Assembly (NCBI GenBank): GCA_965178125.1 | Contig: OZ237749.1 | Location: 62,001 to 126,000 of the forward strand | Direction: 5' to 3' | From: Bilabrum cf. latius | Lineage: Eukaryota | DNA length: 64,000 bases | Shown: piece after piece, positions 1-15,000 of the stretch | Numbering within the stretch: position 1 is the first letter of the stretch | Layout: every line of letters starts with the position of its first letter | The notes under the pieces: model-generated | The model's database searches: none | What the model saw: the letters and a program-made list of their open reading frames with translations, nothing else | Told to the model about the DNA's origin: nothing | Program-made: the position numbers and the translations under genes

Positions 1-3000
1 CAGTTGCCTCGCTGAACAACTCTGCATCCAGCTGCACGGTGCTACCGGGGAGACGAGAGGCATCTGCGTCTGACAGGCCCAGCTGGTGCACCTCTGGTCC
101 AGCTGCGTGCGCTGCAGACGGGCAGGATGACGCTTTGGTATCCGGGTAGGCATCGAGCAGCCGTGCCTGCAGAAGGCCAGAAGCAGACGGGACAAGTGCA
201 GGGCTGCAGGGCTAGCCAAGCTGAGGTGCCGTGTTGGCTGTTGTCACGCGCAGCTCCACGGCCACCGAAGACACTTGCCACCCTGGCCCTGGGCCCTTTC
301 TTGACCATGCCTCTCGCACCTGAGAGGCAGTTGGGTCCTTGAGCAAATGTGCTGATACCGTTAGGTAGTCCGTCCCTGTGAATGTCGGCAGGCTGGCGTA
401 CGTAGTCTGTGCCAGTGCAAGGTTCACCTCGGTGAGCGTGCCCGCAATGGCCTTCCGCGAGGCAGCAAGTCCTCCCGGCTAGCACCCAGGGCTCCAGTCC
501 AGCTACCCGAAGGCCGAATGCCCGTGCTGCCCCGAGCAGTTCGAGAAGGAAATCTCCGCAAACTCGCTCTCGAGGACAACAAACAGAACATGCTAGCTCT
601 GCAACTACCCAGGGTACGATAGTTGGAGCCGCGTGTCTTCATCGCGGTAGTTGAACTCGATTGGTCTGCCGAGAGTTACTTGCCTCCGCTCGGGAGCCTC
701 GAAGCGCACGGCATCGTTGACCTGTGATAGTGCGACAAGCACATCCAGTGCAGTCGGCACCTACTGCGGATTGGGCCCACTCACCGACACGCGGATCACG
801 TCGTCCTCTGCCTCGTCAGGACCTTGCGCGTAGCCCACACGGAAACTGCCCGATCCAGCTAGTAGCTCCTGCAGCACGGACAGGCTTGCTCTTAAACTGA
901 GTCGATGATCTTCTAGCGTGATAGCATTCATACCGGCTGCATGGCTCACTGAAACCCCAGCAGCCTAGTCCAGCAACAGTACGTTTCCTCGACTGGCAGT
1001 CAAGTCCAAGTCAAGCATGGCTCCTCCTGATGCTCCTGCATCTGCCCACTCTAGCTAGATCGCCGGTAACATGCCCACTGAGTCTTCTTGCATGGTCAAT
1101 GACGCAGTGCTGTCGTTAGAAAACTGCAGAGAAGGGGCGTCCGGCAGCTGAGTCACGTTTAGGACAACTGCCGTACTAACATCGCCAGCCTCCTGCACGT
1201 ATGTACACACATCAGCTGAGACACCACTAGCAACAAGAAGCTCTGCAGATATGCGGACCAGCCCAGCGTAGTTCTGCGAGGGTGTCCACGCCATGGCAGC
1301 CAGCCATGCATTTGCGCACTTGCTCGTCCCTTTCATGTCCAGGACGTGCGCGCTCCCTCCCTCGCAGGAAGCCCACTCGGTGGCTCCCTCTGGAAGACAG
1401 CCCTCCTCGAAGGAGCCCACGAGCGACAGTGGACCCTCTTGCCCCCTTGCCACCGGGAGGAACTGCCCGGGCGAAATCGCCCTTGCCAGCACCCTCACGG
1501 TAACAGCCTCGAGTTGCCTCAAGCCAGACAACTCAAATAACGCACGTGCGCTCGACACCGCGAGCGAGCGATCTACGGTGGCCAAATCAACAGCGGACGA
1601 GTCGAGCACGACGGTGCGGTCCTCAGGCACACCTATGACTGGGACTCCGGGCCATGGGAGCGACTCGTTCACGTCAATTGTCAGGCGCAAAGCTCGATCA
1701 TTTCTTCGGGAGTTCACCAAATCCAGTATGACAGAGACAGACCGGGGTGTAGGGACTTGCTCCAAGCCGGGCACTTGTGTAGTGCGGTCGCCTCCACCCA
1801 GATCAAGTAAAAGTAAGGAACTTAAAACAGCTGTGGCTGCATCAGCGTACCCGCAGTTGCCTAGGTCAGATAGCACGACCGAGAGCTGGGCGTCATCCAG
1901 AATCGCATCATCTTCACATGAGACAGCGCACCTGGGCAGCATCGAATTGAGAGACTCTAGGGTGCCTCGCAGAACACCTCCGCCAGCTGCTGGCTCAATG
2001 CCAAGCGTTTCACAACCCATCCCGCACCGCATGTTTGGCACACCATCGGCACTCACCACCGTGACGCGCACTTCCATCCTCTGCGTATGCTCAACTGGGA
2101 GCATTGGAGATATGGCCGGCGGCAACACGTACAGACCACCTGCGCCCTTACCAAAGCAAAGCGAGGTGCCATCTTCGGACAAATCGCTATCCCCAAGAGA
2201 AAAGGCAGGTAGTCTGGCTCCCTCTTCTCCAAGTGAAAGGCTTGCAAAGCTGTCCATGTCTATTTCGGGGGGTTCGTTGACCTTCACAACTCGAGCCCTA
2301 AGTTCGAGACTGCTAAATAGTGTTTGGGCACTGCCATTCAAAACGACTGGCGTCACGGTCATGTCCAGATCGACATACCCAGGGCATCCGCCAGCAGAGA
2401 CAATAAGGCCATCAAAGGCGGTTGCAACTTCAGATGCATCGATGCGGAGGGCAGCAAGCGCTCGCTCAGGGGCAGCAACTTGCGCAGGCACGCCCAGCCT
2501 TTCTACCTAAGCCGCAAACTGCACCTGGATAGTTGGAGTGCAGCTGAATGCGTTTGACAAAATCATCGACGAGGCAGATGACACAGCCACGACGAGACCG
2601 CCAACCACCGTCAAATTACTTGAGTCTACTTGGATGCCAGTCAGCACCGTGGAAGATCTAGTCGCCACCACGAAGGATCCGTCAAAGCCAGCTCGTACTG
2701 CATCAGGAGTGCTCCTCAATCTGTGCGCCAGCAATGGCTGCATCGATTCATTCGAAGCCGGCTGGGCTACTGCCCCCGCACCCAGGCTGATATCAAGAGT
2801 AGGGGCATTAGTGGTGATCAAACCCATGCTAGCAGAGTCCGAATCAGCATCACCACCAAGCATTACGGCCGCACCGCCCTCCGGGGCTCCTGGGAGTGGG
2901 AGCACTTGTATTGTGAGTCCATGCGTCCCGCTGGAGGCAGCTGCCTCTAGAGAGGCGAGGGCCTAGACCATGTCGGAGATGAGGAGCCGGCCCGCCTCAG

Positions 3001-6000
3001 CAGCATCGCTAGTGGGCGGGAGTAGGCGTCCCTATACACGAAGGACTCCTGTCCTGACCGAAAGTAGAGTTGCCTGCAGCCAATGCAGGTCATCCTGGAT
3101 GGAGCCGAGCTCGCCATGGACAATCAAGCACCCCGATGCAGGGGATCTGCACGTCTCTCCCAGCCTCTAGTCGATGGCACTGCTGATCCACTGGGACTGA
3201 AGACTTACGGCAATCGGGTCGAGGGCAAGGGTGCAATCGCGGCACGCAAAAGCTAGTACCGCCTTTCTCCCGCGGCTGCCTTCAGAGCCAGCTTCCAATT
3301 CGAGACCAGATACCGTTGTTGGTGAGCTGGGTGCAAGCACAGTCGAAGCCACGCCGCTCAGCTGCAGGTACGGCTCCAATGCTAGCAGAGAACGCAAAGC
3401 AGGCGAAGTATTTGAAAGGCCGGCACCTTGCCCACGGACGAGGGCTGACGCACTCGTCAGCACGACCTGCCCTTGCATTTCATTGGCATTGACTGCACCA
3501 TCCGATTCCGGCACCATGGCGTGGATACCGATTGGCTCAATTGCATCGTGCTCTTCCACTCGGATAGGGTGTACCGCAATGGTCTCCCCGCCACTCGCAT
3601 CAGCAACCAGCACAATCAAGTGAAACGTCTCAGCACTGGATGGACTCTGGATGTGCAGGCGTGGCAACCTGCCGTGCTGTGAATGCCTTGTCGCGAGCCC
3701 CAGGGCGGATACGTTGCGAAGCAGAGATAGCTGCTCCCTAGGGCCCGCAAACTGGAAAAGCTCGCTCGCGTCCATGTTGGTACAAACCATGCTGCCACCA
3801 CAGATAGGCAGCTGTGTGGCGTGAGATCCCCAAGCCAAGCTGCTGAGAGCCTCCGCAGTGCCCGTACTACTAGCAACCTCCGGGGACAGTTCGCTGCCAC
3901 AGGCAGATGACCGACTGGTAGCCACACCGGCCTCAGATAGGCCTGCATAGACCTGAACTCGCCCGAAGACGGTGCCAGATATCGGTGCCGTGGAAGGCGG
4001 CAACACGCCCAGCAGACCACCCGAGACGGCGAAGCAGACCCCGAGATTACCGGCACTCGTTGGTCTTGGAAGTGCATTCCGCATTGCAAGCACAAGAACG
4101 CTCGCGTCCTCGCTGCCTAGGTCGGGTAGCATGGACTGCACAAACCCTGCTTGATTTGCTGGGTCTACGGGGCCCGATACAGCTACCGGCTCGGGAGACG
4201 ACGAATCAGGGTCCACAATCACAAGGCCAGGCATGTCCTGCAGGCCTGGTGAAAGCTGCCACTAGGCACCGGAACCAAGCACCTGGGAACCAGTGCTTGG
4301 TTTCTAGGCTACGCTGGTGGACCCGTTGCCAAGGAGCAGCTGAGGCGCATTGTTCAGACAGCGCAAGTAAATCAGCATAGGGGCGCAATCCACATTTTCA
4401 TCGGATTCGACGCACACGGCCGCACGCACCTCGCCGCATGCACCAGGGGCAGGATTCCATGTTCCCCACCCTCGAGTTTGCAGTGCTTTGGCTGCCTGCT
4501 GCAGAGTACCCTGGTAGACATGGTAGACCGCACTGCTGGCCGTAGGACTGCTGGAGGCTGTACCAGAGGGGAAGACAGCCGTGACGCCGCCGCTGTCCGC
4601 GAACACCATGACGTTAACGTGAGTGTCGGAGGCAGCACCTTCTCCCACGACTGAGGCTCGCACTGCTGGCAGAAGCAGCGCACCACCGTCCTCATCGTGA
4701 TACATGCGGTGGGGTCGGTGACTCTACTGCAGCGAGGCAGCAATGCATATGGCAGAGGTACAGTGCGATGAGACCATAGCCTGGGGCACACCGTCGAGCT
4801 CCAGTGAGACGGAGTGGATCGCATGGCCTGTATGCAATAGAGAGTTTATCTCCAAAGACAGCTCTGCCGTGCTAGCTGCATTAGATGGACTTATGCCCGA
4901 TAGGTCTTTCACAGTGATTGCTACGCTGCCATTGGAGCCACCAGTCAGCTGGGCCCTGGTTTCACGCAAGCAGATGCGCAGCTGGTAGAGCTCTCCTGTG
5001 CAGGACAGTCGACCACCATCCACGAAGGGACCTGAAATCTAGACCTGCTCGTTTGCACTGGTGCGAAGCTCAAACTACCTTCCTGCCGGAGCGACGATTT
5101 CCAGGGACAGGCCGGCTTCAAGCGGGATCCCAGCTCCGGCCGATGCAATCCTGAGAGGTGACCCCCCGGACGAGATCACGGGGGGTTCATAAGGGAGGAC
5201 GATAACTGTCGAAAATAGTGCGGATGAACTGGAATCATCCTGCTAGGCCCTCTAAATCCCATCCCTGTGCATGGCTAGGAGCTCCTGCTCGTCCGTAACT
5301 TCGAGCGCAGAGACACGAATGACCGCCTCCGGGTCGGCGGCCGCACGTTGCTGGACGGCGGTCGAACTGGATGGCACGATCTGCAGGCGATCCCTGAGCA
5401 TGGTCTCAACGCCAGCAATGGGCCCAGATAAGAGCACTATTCCGCCAGTGATTAAGCCACCCTAGTCGCACGATTCGCTGCTCGCCAAGGTTGGCGTACC
5501 CTGGCCAGTCCACACTCCAATGGAGACTGAGGACGAGACGTCTGCGCAAGGTATTCCGAGATCAACCGGTGCATTGTGCAGCACTGACACAACGATGTTC
5601 GCTCGAGTCGTCGGCTCTACCGCGGCCCCGTCTGCGCCCCCAAGACCAACCATCCGCCCCAGCCTGCCGACTGGCGCCCTGCCACTGCCAGCCAGTAGGA
5701 CAATCGGTCCTACGCCACGAAGCTGCCGAGGCTGCTGCATGAAAGACTCAAGTCCCTGGTTTAGCTGAATCTTGCCGTTGTCCATGGTTGCCGAGAATGG
5801 GTTGAAGGCGGCAATCAAGGCCTCAGTTCCGTTCAATGCAGAAACCAAATCGGTTGGCAGCTACTAGATGACGACGGAAGCTCGTCCGGGCGCGGGGTAC
5901 GCAGCTATCGTCACGCTGCTCAGCGCACTGACTCCCTAGGCTACGTCCATGCCCTGCTACCGGACAGATACCTGGACTATCGTCGGGTTGAAACCACTGG

Positions 6001-9000
6001 CTTGCCCCTGCCGCTGGATACTAATCAAATCAGTAGCCGCTGGCCCAAGCGCGACGGGCTCAGTTGAGTGGACAGCTAGCACAGGGAGGCTGCCTGCTAG
6101 GGACGGCGAGCCGCCGGACCGAAGGACAACAGCAAAACTGACCACTCCGGGCTGTGCTTGGCCTGATAAACGCCGAACATTCACTGAAGCAGGGTCGATG
6201 GACGATATTGTCTCCAGGGCAGACTACACTTGGGTAGCTGATGGGACCCACGGTACGAGCGATGACGCGGCAGGTCCTTCGACAGTTTCGACCTGCAGCC
6301 TGAATCCACCTGACTCGATCTCGCTGCTGATTGCCGGTGCTGCTGCAAGCTGCACTGTGCTTGAGGCTCCGGTAGCGTTGATTACCGCGGCTTGCAGAAC
6401 GTCTGCACTGTCGCACCTGAGCTGGACCAGCGTGTATCCGGCACACTCAGCCGGGTGCTCTGAGGTGCTCGCGACTATGCTGCAGCCAAATCTCTCTGCT
6501 AAAGTAGCATTATCGCCAGGAGCCGTTGCTCCACCGATTAGCTACGCAATCTCCTCGCCAGTCTAACTGCTGTCGATCCGCGAGGTGTTGAAGAGCAAGC
6601 CCTGGACCGTCAGCCCAAGCTGGAATGCGAACGTCAAATTGCAAACGGTAGCACTAGCTGAGCCATGATGTTGCACCAAGATCTGAATCTCGGGACTCGG
6701 TGCCAAAATGGTCAAAAGCTGCGTGTCGCTGAACTCTGCAACCTGATCTCCTGACGGGATCTCAACGGACACGTCCCGCAGCCATCGCTGTACCTAGGCT
6801 GCCATCCCGGTGACGGATAGAGTCTTCCTACAACCGCGGAGACCCGCACTTCGAGTCACGCAATTCCCAGTCGTCGTCACTTCGGCTGTCACACTGGCCG
6901 TATGCTCAATACTGACAGCCGGCAGCCTCACTGCTGTCCCTGGGGCGCCGATCACAATCGCATCCGGGCGAGATGTGCTGGCGATAGGGACTCTAGGCAA
7001 GTGCACCGCAGGATACTAGACCGATAGCGCTTCTAGACGAGGGCACTCGTCATCGCTGTAGGTACCTGATCCGCACAGTCGCCTGCGCCACTTTGTCAAA
7101 ACGGTGCCATCCACCTTGACGCCATCTTGGATTGACACGAGAGGCGAGATGCCTTGCGAGGAAGCGTTTACCACTGATACAGAGGAGCTGGACGACAGGC
7201 TGCATTCTTTGCCTAAGCAGCTCTTGGAATGCACCACAACGGCATTGACCATGCTCTGTGAAGCTGGCATTAGTAATAATGCACTTGCAGTCGCAGCCTG
7301 CAGCCCAGCTCTTGCCCCTATCACAGTGATACTTTGGCTGGCCGGTACAACGCCAACGCTGGTTGATTTGGATGCGACATTGGACACTTGTGCCGTGGAA
7401 TTCATCCACCCGGCTAGAGCAGCACCACGTACCTGCCAGACTACTGCCACAGAGCCACTCTCTGAATCCCACAGCTCGCGTCGTCGCACGAGCAACACGC
7501 CATTCTAGCCCGTAACAGGCCGAGATACAGCAACAGCCTGCAACGAAAGCTTCTCCTACCGTACCAAGGAGCTGCCTGGCGCCAGTGCTCTGGCTACTTC
7601 GTGCGCCGATGCATCCCCACCCCATCGCGCCACCTCGCCTGTGCCAGCCATCCTAAGCTCGATTATGCCAGAGGCAGGGTGCTGAGCCACTTGCAGGGCC
7701 TCTGCATGCATGCTGACCTCTGCTTCCCTTGCAATGGGCACAAAAAGCTCGGTTCCTCCGAGGGAATTCAGTGCGATACTCGTCACAGAGCAGTTGTAGC
7801 CTCCCGGACATGCAAGTCCAGAGCAGGTAGACCGAGCCGCATTTTGATCGTAAAGCAACCCATCCACGCCATCCGGAACATCGAAACAAGGCACGTCGGA
7901 CCCTCGTGCGTCTGATATCATCGCATTGTCCATGTCAGGGCCTAGGAATGTGACTCTCCACTCCACCCCGACGGCGACATCCAACCCGTCCCCGCTAGAG
8001 CCTAGCTCGTGCCGTTGCACAGTATCGAAATCAAGCTCTCCAGTGAGTGTCCTTGAGACCTATATGGGGCCATTCCCAAGGCTGGACGTGCTGCAGCAGC
8101 TGGAATGCTACTAGGATGGCATCGAAGTAGCCAGCGACCACTCGACGTGGGCCGGCTCCCTCAGCGAGTTGAGCGCCTGTGCAACGACGGTTGCGCTTGC
8201 GTCCAGCGGCAGCGAGGCTGTGGTGATGCTCTCAAAGCCGTTTGGGAGAGTAAAATCACCGGCTGGTACAGTCTCAAAGACCGATGCAAAGTACTCTGTG
8301 CTCCCAATCGGAGGCACGGTCACCTAGAAAGCAAGGGCTTCCTGGGGAGAGTCACCACTCCGTGCTGAATAGAACCCGCTGGAACCATCTCGCTCCGTAG
8401 TGGCGTTGAAGCTGCACCCAGCCCCATAGCTACTTGAAAGGGTTGGGGTGGGCATATTCCCTAATTCGTGGCTGAAAACGATCCTCCATGCAGCTCGCGT
8501 GGTGTTCCAGCCCACTGCGCTCACGAAAGGTCCAATGGAGGGCGACTGCCGCAGCACCGACTTGAGCTGCTGGGCCGAGGCACCCACAGTGACTCCATCC
8601 ACATTTCCAATCCCCTCGAACGCAAGGGACACTGTCCCACAAGGGGCCGACAGGTCCCAGAACTGCACCTCGGACGTAAGTCGGGCCGTCGCCACGAGTC
8701 GCTGGACTGCAGGCACATGGGGAGAGCTGCCCGCTGTGGACCGGATGACTCTAGCCACCGAGTTATACTCCGAAGACCTTATCTGCAGCAGCGGCTTGGG
8801 CGTCTCAAAGGCGACCGTCAAACCGAACGAGCGACCCTATCCAATGAGCTTTGTTTGTGAGCGCACCAAGCTCTTGCCGGCTTGGCGAACAATTGCACTG
8901 CACTCCTCGTCAAAGCAGCCAGGGGCAAATTCGACTATGAGGTTTGACACGACGGCTTGGCCTACCGGCCAGCGCAGTACCGTAGCTACCACCGCATCAA

Positions 9001-12000
9001 TCGGCGCATCCAAGTCTTGTTGCAGCTCAGGAACGGCAGATGCTGGGACATCTCCGCCAGTTGCTGACAGTCTAGTTGGCAGCGTCTCGTTTGAGCGGAA
9101 AGGGGCCAGGTTCACGCGGGTCCCATCCACGTCGAATGAGAGGAAGAACGAACCGGGGGTGAACGACCCATTCGCGTGTGCAGGCTGCACCACCACGTGC
9201 CACAGTGCCGATACATCGTCCACATGCGCGCAAAGGGTTGCATGAGAGAACTGAGCTGCGCTCGACACAATGTGAGTCGGTTCGATCGAAACCCCGGATT
9301 CCAGCTGCATGGAGGCCTGCAACGCTCTCACAACGCCAATACCCGCGTTGACACTGGGCTTGAACGACAGCAGGCGGTCGTACAACCCTATCGAGACGAA
9401 GGACTCGCTATCGATCGCAGCCGGGAACTGGGTGGCTGATGAGTTGTCGACTCGCCGCGCTTGCAGCACTTGTCTGCCTGCGGCACGCTATGATGGAGAT
9501 GCCTGTGCATGGCCTGTAGTGCATTGCAGCACCTGCACATCGGCAGCAATATCCTTGGGGGTGTCTGCCAGTACCACAGTGAATGCATCCTCCGGTTTGG
9601 CGCTGCTAGTCTGGGCGTACGACACAGAGAATGATGAAGCAGCATCCTTTGAAGCAGTGCTTGCCTAGGGAAGCACGAGGACTTCTGCGCTATCGACTGT
9701 TGCGCTCCACGAGGCCAATCCGTTTGAATCCATGTCAACTTCGCAGGCACCCAGCGGGACGATGCCAGATCCATCTGTGACCGGCAGTGCTGGCGGGCAT
9801 GCAACAGGCAAGCCATTGGCTGAGGGCCTGCGTGGGTGCAGACTAGCTGCGCGTGCATGCACCGCAAGGTACGTACTGATGTCCAAAGAAAGACCGCTGT
9901 CTGCTGCTAAGGTTTCGTTGACCGGTGCGCCCGCCAGCACTGCCTCCCACGCGCTGTATGCCGCCGAGGACGAACTAGCGGAGAATACGAACAGCTCTAT
10001 CCGTGAGGATGTGGCACATGACTGCAGCTCTATGACAATCTCGGCAGCAGCGCGGGCAATAGCCGCCGCATTTCCGAGAACAGCGACCACGCCACCACCT
10101 GGTGCAACTCTGGATCGCACACCGGCCGAGACTCCTCCAAGCACCGCTGCGAGGCCTGGGTGTAGCATGCCTAGCACTGCCCACCGTGGACTTCTTGTAG
10201 TCTAGGCCTAGAGGTGCAGCGCCCTGAGCTGGATCGCACCATTCGAGCACGACAAACTAGCGGGCAAGCTAGCACTCAGCGCCGTTTCTGGCTCGGTAAC
10301 ATCCGCCGTAACGTGCAGTATATCTGATGGCACGCCCAACACAAGGCCAGCTTGGAGAACCACTGTACCTTGAGGTGCCCCAGCAGGCGCACCCACGCTG
10401 ATAGAAAGCTGCTGCAGGACAAAACCTAGCTGCAGCGTAGTGCCCTGGGCCATGAGCTGGCTGGAAGACACGAACTTGATCGTACTTGAATTGGCTGCTG
10501 TTCCAGCGTCAATGGCGTAGCCAGTCGGCGCTGCAACACGGAGCATGAACTGCGCTGTAGATACGTCAGGCAACGGTGGCATGGCAGGGATCCGCATGCT
10601 GAAGCCATTTAATTGTACATGCGCTTTAAGCACATCGTTAGAGGACGGACCACTCCTCGACGATACCACATCGACGAAATCTAGAGAGATCGTGCTGCCA
10701 TGGGGAATAGATGCGTTGATGCACGAGCATGAAGCCCCACTCCTTGGCCTACACGGCGAATTGCTGCAGTCTGACCATACTCCCGGTGCTTGCGATGCGA
10801 TCCTACTGACGAATTGAACAGGTGCCGGAGTTGCTGGCACCACGCTCACATTCGCTTGGCCCGCCTCTTTCCAAGGACCGGAACCGTGCCTCACCGCAAG
10901 TACGGCGTGCAATGATATGTTTCCAAACGAATGGGCAAACAAAGACGTCGACGCATTCTACAGAACTCCCGCGGCATCTGATATCGACCTGCAATCGAGC
11001 ACAAGGGGCAACCCATCGTGCGACTGCACCGTGGATCCTATCGACACTGCCACGCCAGTCACACCTGTGTTCCGTGGGGCGTATGTCTGAACGATGCCTT
11101 GGCTCAGCCAAAGCGCGATTGCAAAGTGCATCCCGTCATCACGACTATTGTCTCCCGCGGCAACCAGGTTGCCGTCCACGGTCATGGCCAGTCCGGCCGT
11201 AGTGAAATCGCTCGAGCCTACAACAATGGAGTCTTGTCCCGCCACAACCCCGTAAATACGTTGGCGCGCCTGCAGCGTGGCCGTTGCACTCGCAGTGCCA
11301 TGAGTGGGCGCAACGTGCGACAGCAGCCGAGTGCTGCTCCACAACGCTACAGCATCCTTCCTTTCGTTCTCGCTCAGTAGCGAGTCCAGCCCTGGAAAGT
11401 TGTCGTGCATGGTCACAGAGAGCAGCACGGCACTGTTGGCAAATGCGCTTCGGTGCGTGAGCTCTAGCCAATTCACCTGCAGAAAAGCCCGCATCGCTGC
11501 GAGGGACCCTTCTAGGGTCACCAGGCTGCAGGATGACTGCTGCACTGCAACGCCCTGAAAGCTGGTCGGCAGCGATCCCAGGCATACTGAGTCTCGCGGT
11601 TCCGACTCAAGAGAAGCAGTGAATTGGACGAGCGAGAGGGGGCGCAGCACAGAGAGCTCCTGGCCCGCAGGCACACTCCAAGCAGCAGCATCTGGCTTTG
11701 AGTCCTCGTCGTCAAGGAGAACGCGGATAGACGCACCAGCGCCGCTGACGACTGTCCACTGGAGCAGCGACACATTCGCCAAGGTTCCGGCCCCTTCAAG
11801 GCTGACGGAGGGCGCCCTGTTCCCTGGGAGGGCCACCAGTGGGAGCTGCAGGATGGTTGAGTTCGGTACTGTGTCGCCATCGCCTGGTGCGATAACTGCG
11901 CCAACATGCACATGCAACTCGCCCCTGTAGGCTGGCGAGTAGGACGCGCATGCCAAGAGCGAGTCGAGGAAATCTGCAACCCCAGCCTGCCCTTGGCAGG

Positions 12001-15000
12001 TTGCAGATATGGTCGAATCGTTTACAAAGGTTGCTACGAACATGGACAGATCCGAGGTCTCCGCACGCAGGGCCACCACTCCCGATGATAACACGGCGGA
12101 CACGTTGACCACAAACTGCCCCTGTGGGGCCCCTGTCCCGCCGGCTTGCAGCACATTGAGTAGGCCAGTCGACCCAATGCGACCAAAGGTCGACGTGCAC
12201 TGCCCCTGCAAAATCACAATTGATGACGCACCGCTGCCAGTTTCCACTGCAGGCACACGAACCTCGGTTTCTGCTTCGACTACGATCGAGGCATTCGAAG
12301 CGCCCGTTACCCCCCCCTGTTTCTGTTCGAGGTCGGTCACGGATGCGTCTACCGTAACATGAGAAGACTAGCATCCATCTGGCAGCATGTGAACATCCCG
12401 CAAGAAAACGTTCAAGACGGCGGCAGATCCTTGCACTCTCACGTGGCCGCTATCGCCACGTTCCTGGAGATCGACTCCGCTCTGCAGCTCGGCCTCCTAG
12501 ACCCTGGGGAGCTGCAGTCGGCCGCATGATGCCGACAGTGACACACTCACAGCGCGGGCGCTGCCAGGCGATACGCTTGCCGACACGGTAGGAAAGCCAT
12601 CTGCGTATGCACCGTGCCGCAGTGAGACCGAAGGCGGCCTGTAAGAAGTCTGCACTACCACGGTAATGGACGCCGACGAAGCGGTGTCGTCGCCGGCTGT
12701 ATCCCCTTCGTGAAGGACATTGGCGACCACAGTAGCGTTGGTGGGATTCCCGTTGGGGGCGGATGATGCCGTGAACCGAAGCACCTGGAGCCCCCTGTTG
12801 AGGTCGTCCACCAGACCAGATACCCGCACCGAGGTGTACCCACCCTCTGCATCGCACAACCTGCTGCCCTCGTCGTCTGCCGTGCATGCCGGTACCGCAT
12901 CGCTGAGAAGGAGCCCCTACAGCATGGGAATCTGGATGGAACCTCCATTCACGCGCAGCTGCACCCGTCTTAACGGCAGCTCCCACGAAGGGGTCACTCG
13001 GACGTACTGGTCCCTTGCTCCGGGCAGCTTCACATGCAGCTGGTCTGGCTCGTGCATGACAAAGCCCAGGATGGGCCTAGAGGCAACCAGGGGGGCGGAC
13101 TAGGTCGTGCGGCCGTTCTGCACAGTCACAGTGGCCTCGTCCAGCACCGGAGCAATGTCCACTACGAATTCCACGGAGTCTTCCTACCCCTTGCTGATCA
13201 GCGTGACGAGCACGCTGTCGGGCTTCTATCCCGCCGTGTAGTAGTCTCTCGGAGGGGCATACTGCATGGCTGACAGGATGCTGGTTAGAGAGCCTTGCTC
13301 CACTCGCAGGGTAGCTTCCGCAAAGGAACGAGTCGTGTCACCCTCCAGTGAGCTGCCACATGGGACAGCGGTCCACTTCTCGCGACTATCCTGGCTTGCA
13401 ACGACCTCGGTTGCGCCATCGCACTCAATCGAAGCCCCAGGAGTCACAGCGGGCAAGCGGATGGATCCAAATTGAGCAGTGACCCGCAGGCGAACCACGC
13501 GGGCACCCTCCACTGCAGCGCTAGCTTCGACCCATTGGTCGAAGGAAACCACAGTGTCTTCGTTGATACGCACGCGCCCAGCCTGCCACGCCTTCCCAGA
13601 CGCTGCCAACAGGGCCGGGCGCACCCCAGCAGCTAAGCGGAGCCGCGGGCTAGGACTGCTCGTCACGCGAAGAGGGGCCGATGCGCGAGCTATGGCAGTT
13701 GCTACGTTTTCACAGCTATCCTGTGATTCGGCCAGTATCGGGCATACCTCAACGACGATCGCAAAGTCGCCCGAGCTGGCCACACCCTGAGACAGCGCTG
13801 ACTCGACAACCGCCACCCCCATGCTTCTCAGGACGTCTTGCACCCGCGCCGTAGGCAGCGCCATGGACACGGCCTACCCCTCGAGCGCCACCTGGCCAGG
13901 CACCAGAGAGGCAGTGACGTTGCCTCGGACCACCGAAGCTGTCGGAGACCCGCCATATGACGTGGGTAGCTGCAGCCGGGCAACCACCGAGTGTTCCGCA
14001 GCGCCATCCGATGCGCTGGCCCCAGCTGCAAGCAAGTGCACAGCCAGGATAGACCTGGACATGCCCGCATCGGAGGCCGGCTTAAACGTGAAACCGCTGA
14101 CGGCTACATGCCTTGCGGCCGAGACGGTCAGGGTCTCGCCCCCCTCCCAAGCCAGGGCTCCTGCCTCCATGCTTTGCTCGCGCATGGGCAACACGACGTC
14201 GAACACGCTCGACGCTCCAATGTCTCGCACCTGCGCACCGGGCAGCGCCAGCCCAACCTAGATCCGCAGTACGCCCACCTGCACCGAGGCATTCGACGGG
14301 GCCACCGTCAGGTGCTGGCCAAGCACAGCGGCCACATCGCTCGGGCTGCCCGTGATGTCTAGCGCGGTGGACTGTGCGCCTGACCGAAGGGTGTGGGCAA
14401 GGAGCGTTGACAGGTCGTCTGCTCCGCCTGCACCGAGCACCAGCGACCGCGACAGCCCGCTGCTCTCAAAGTCAAATCGGCTGCTCAGCTGGTGTGCAGG
14501 GTGCGTGGACATGCGCCCCAGAGGACCAACCGCACGCAGGTTGAAGGTGTTGCCCAGGGTGACCGACACGCCCTCTCCAAGCAGCCGCACACGCAGCAAC
14601 ACAGCCCCGGCCGTTCCCAGCAGCTGGGTCACCGCTGGATGGAGGGGCTCCCAGCGCTGGTTACGCAGGCCGAACTCCTGCCGAATGTTCGACAGGGCGG
14701 TAGCCAAGCGCTCCTGCTCTGGCAACGAGGCCAGCTGCACGGTGAGGGCGTCACCGGTGGCTGCCTTGCCCCGCACCCAGGCCACGGTGTACGGCTCGGG
14801 GCCGCACTGCCCATCTCGCGGGGCGGCGCTGCACCCCTCTGGCACGATCTCAGAGGACAGCTGCGACGAAGCATTCGACACTTCGATGATGGGCGGTGCC
14901 AGCGCCGGCTCGATCACGACGGTGATGGAAGCATGCGGAGCCGACCAGGCCTCGTCCAATTCCAGCCCCTACCCGGTCAGAGAGAGGTCCACCGTCCTCA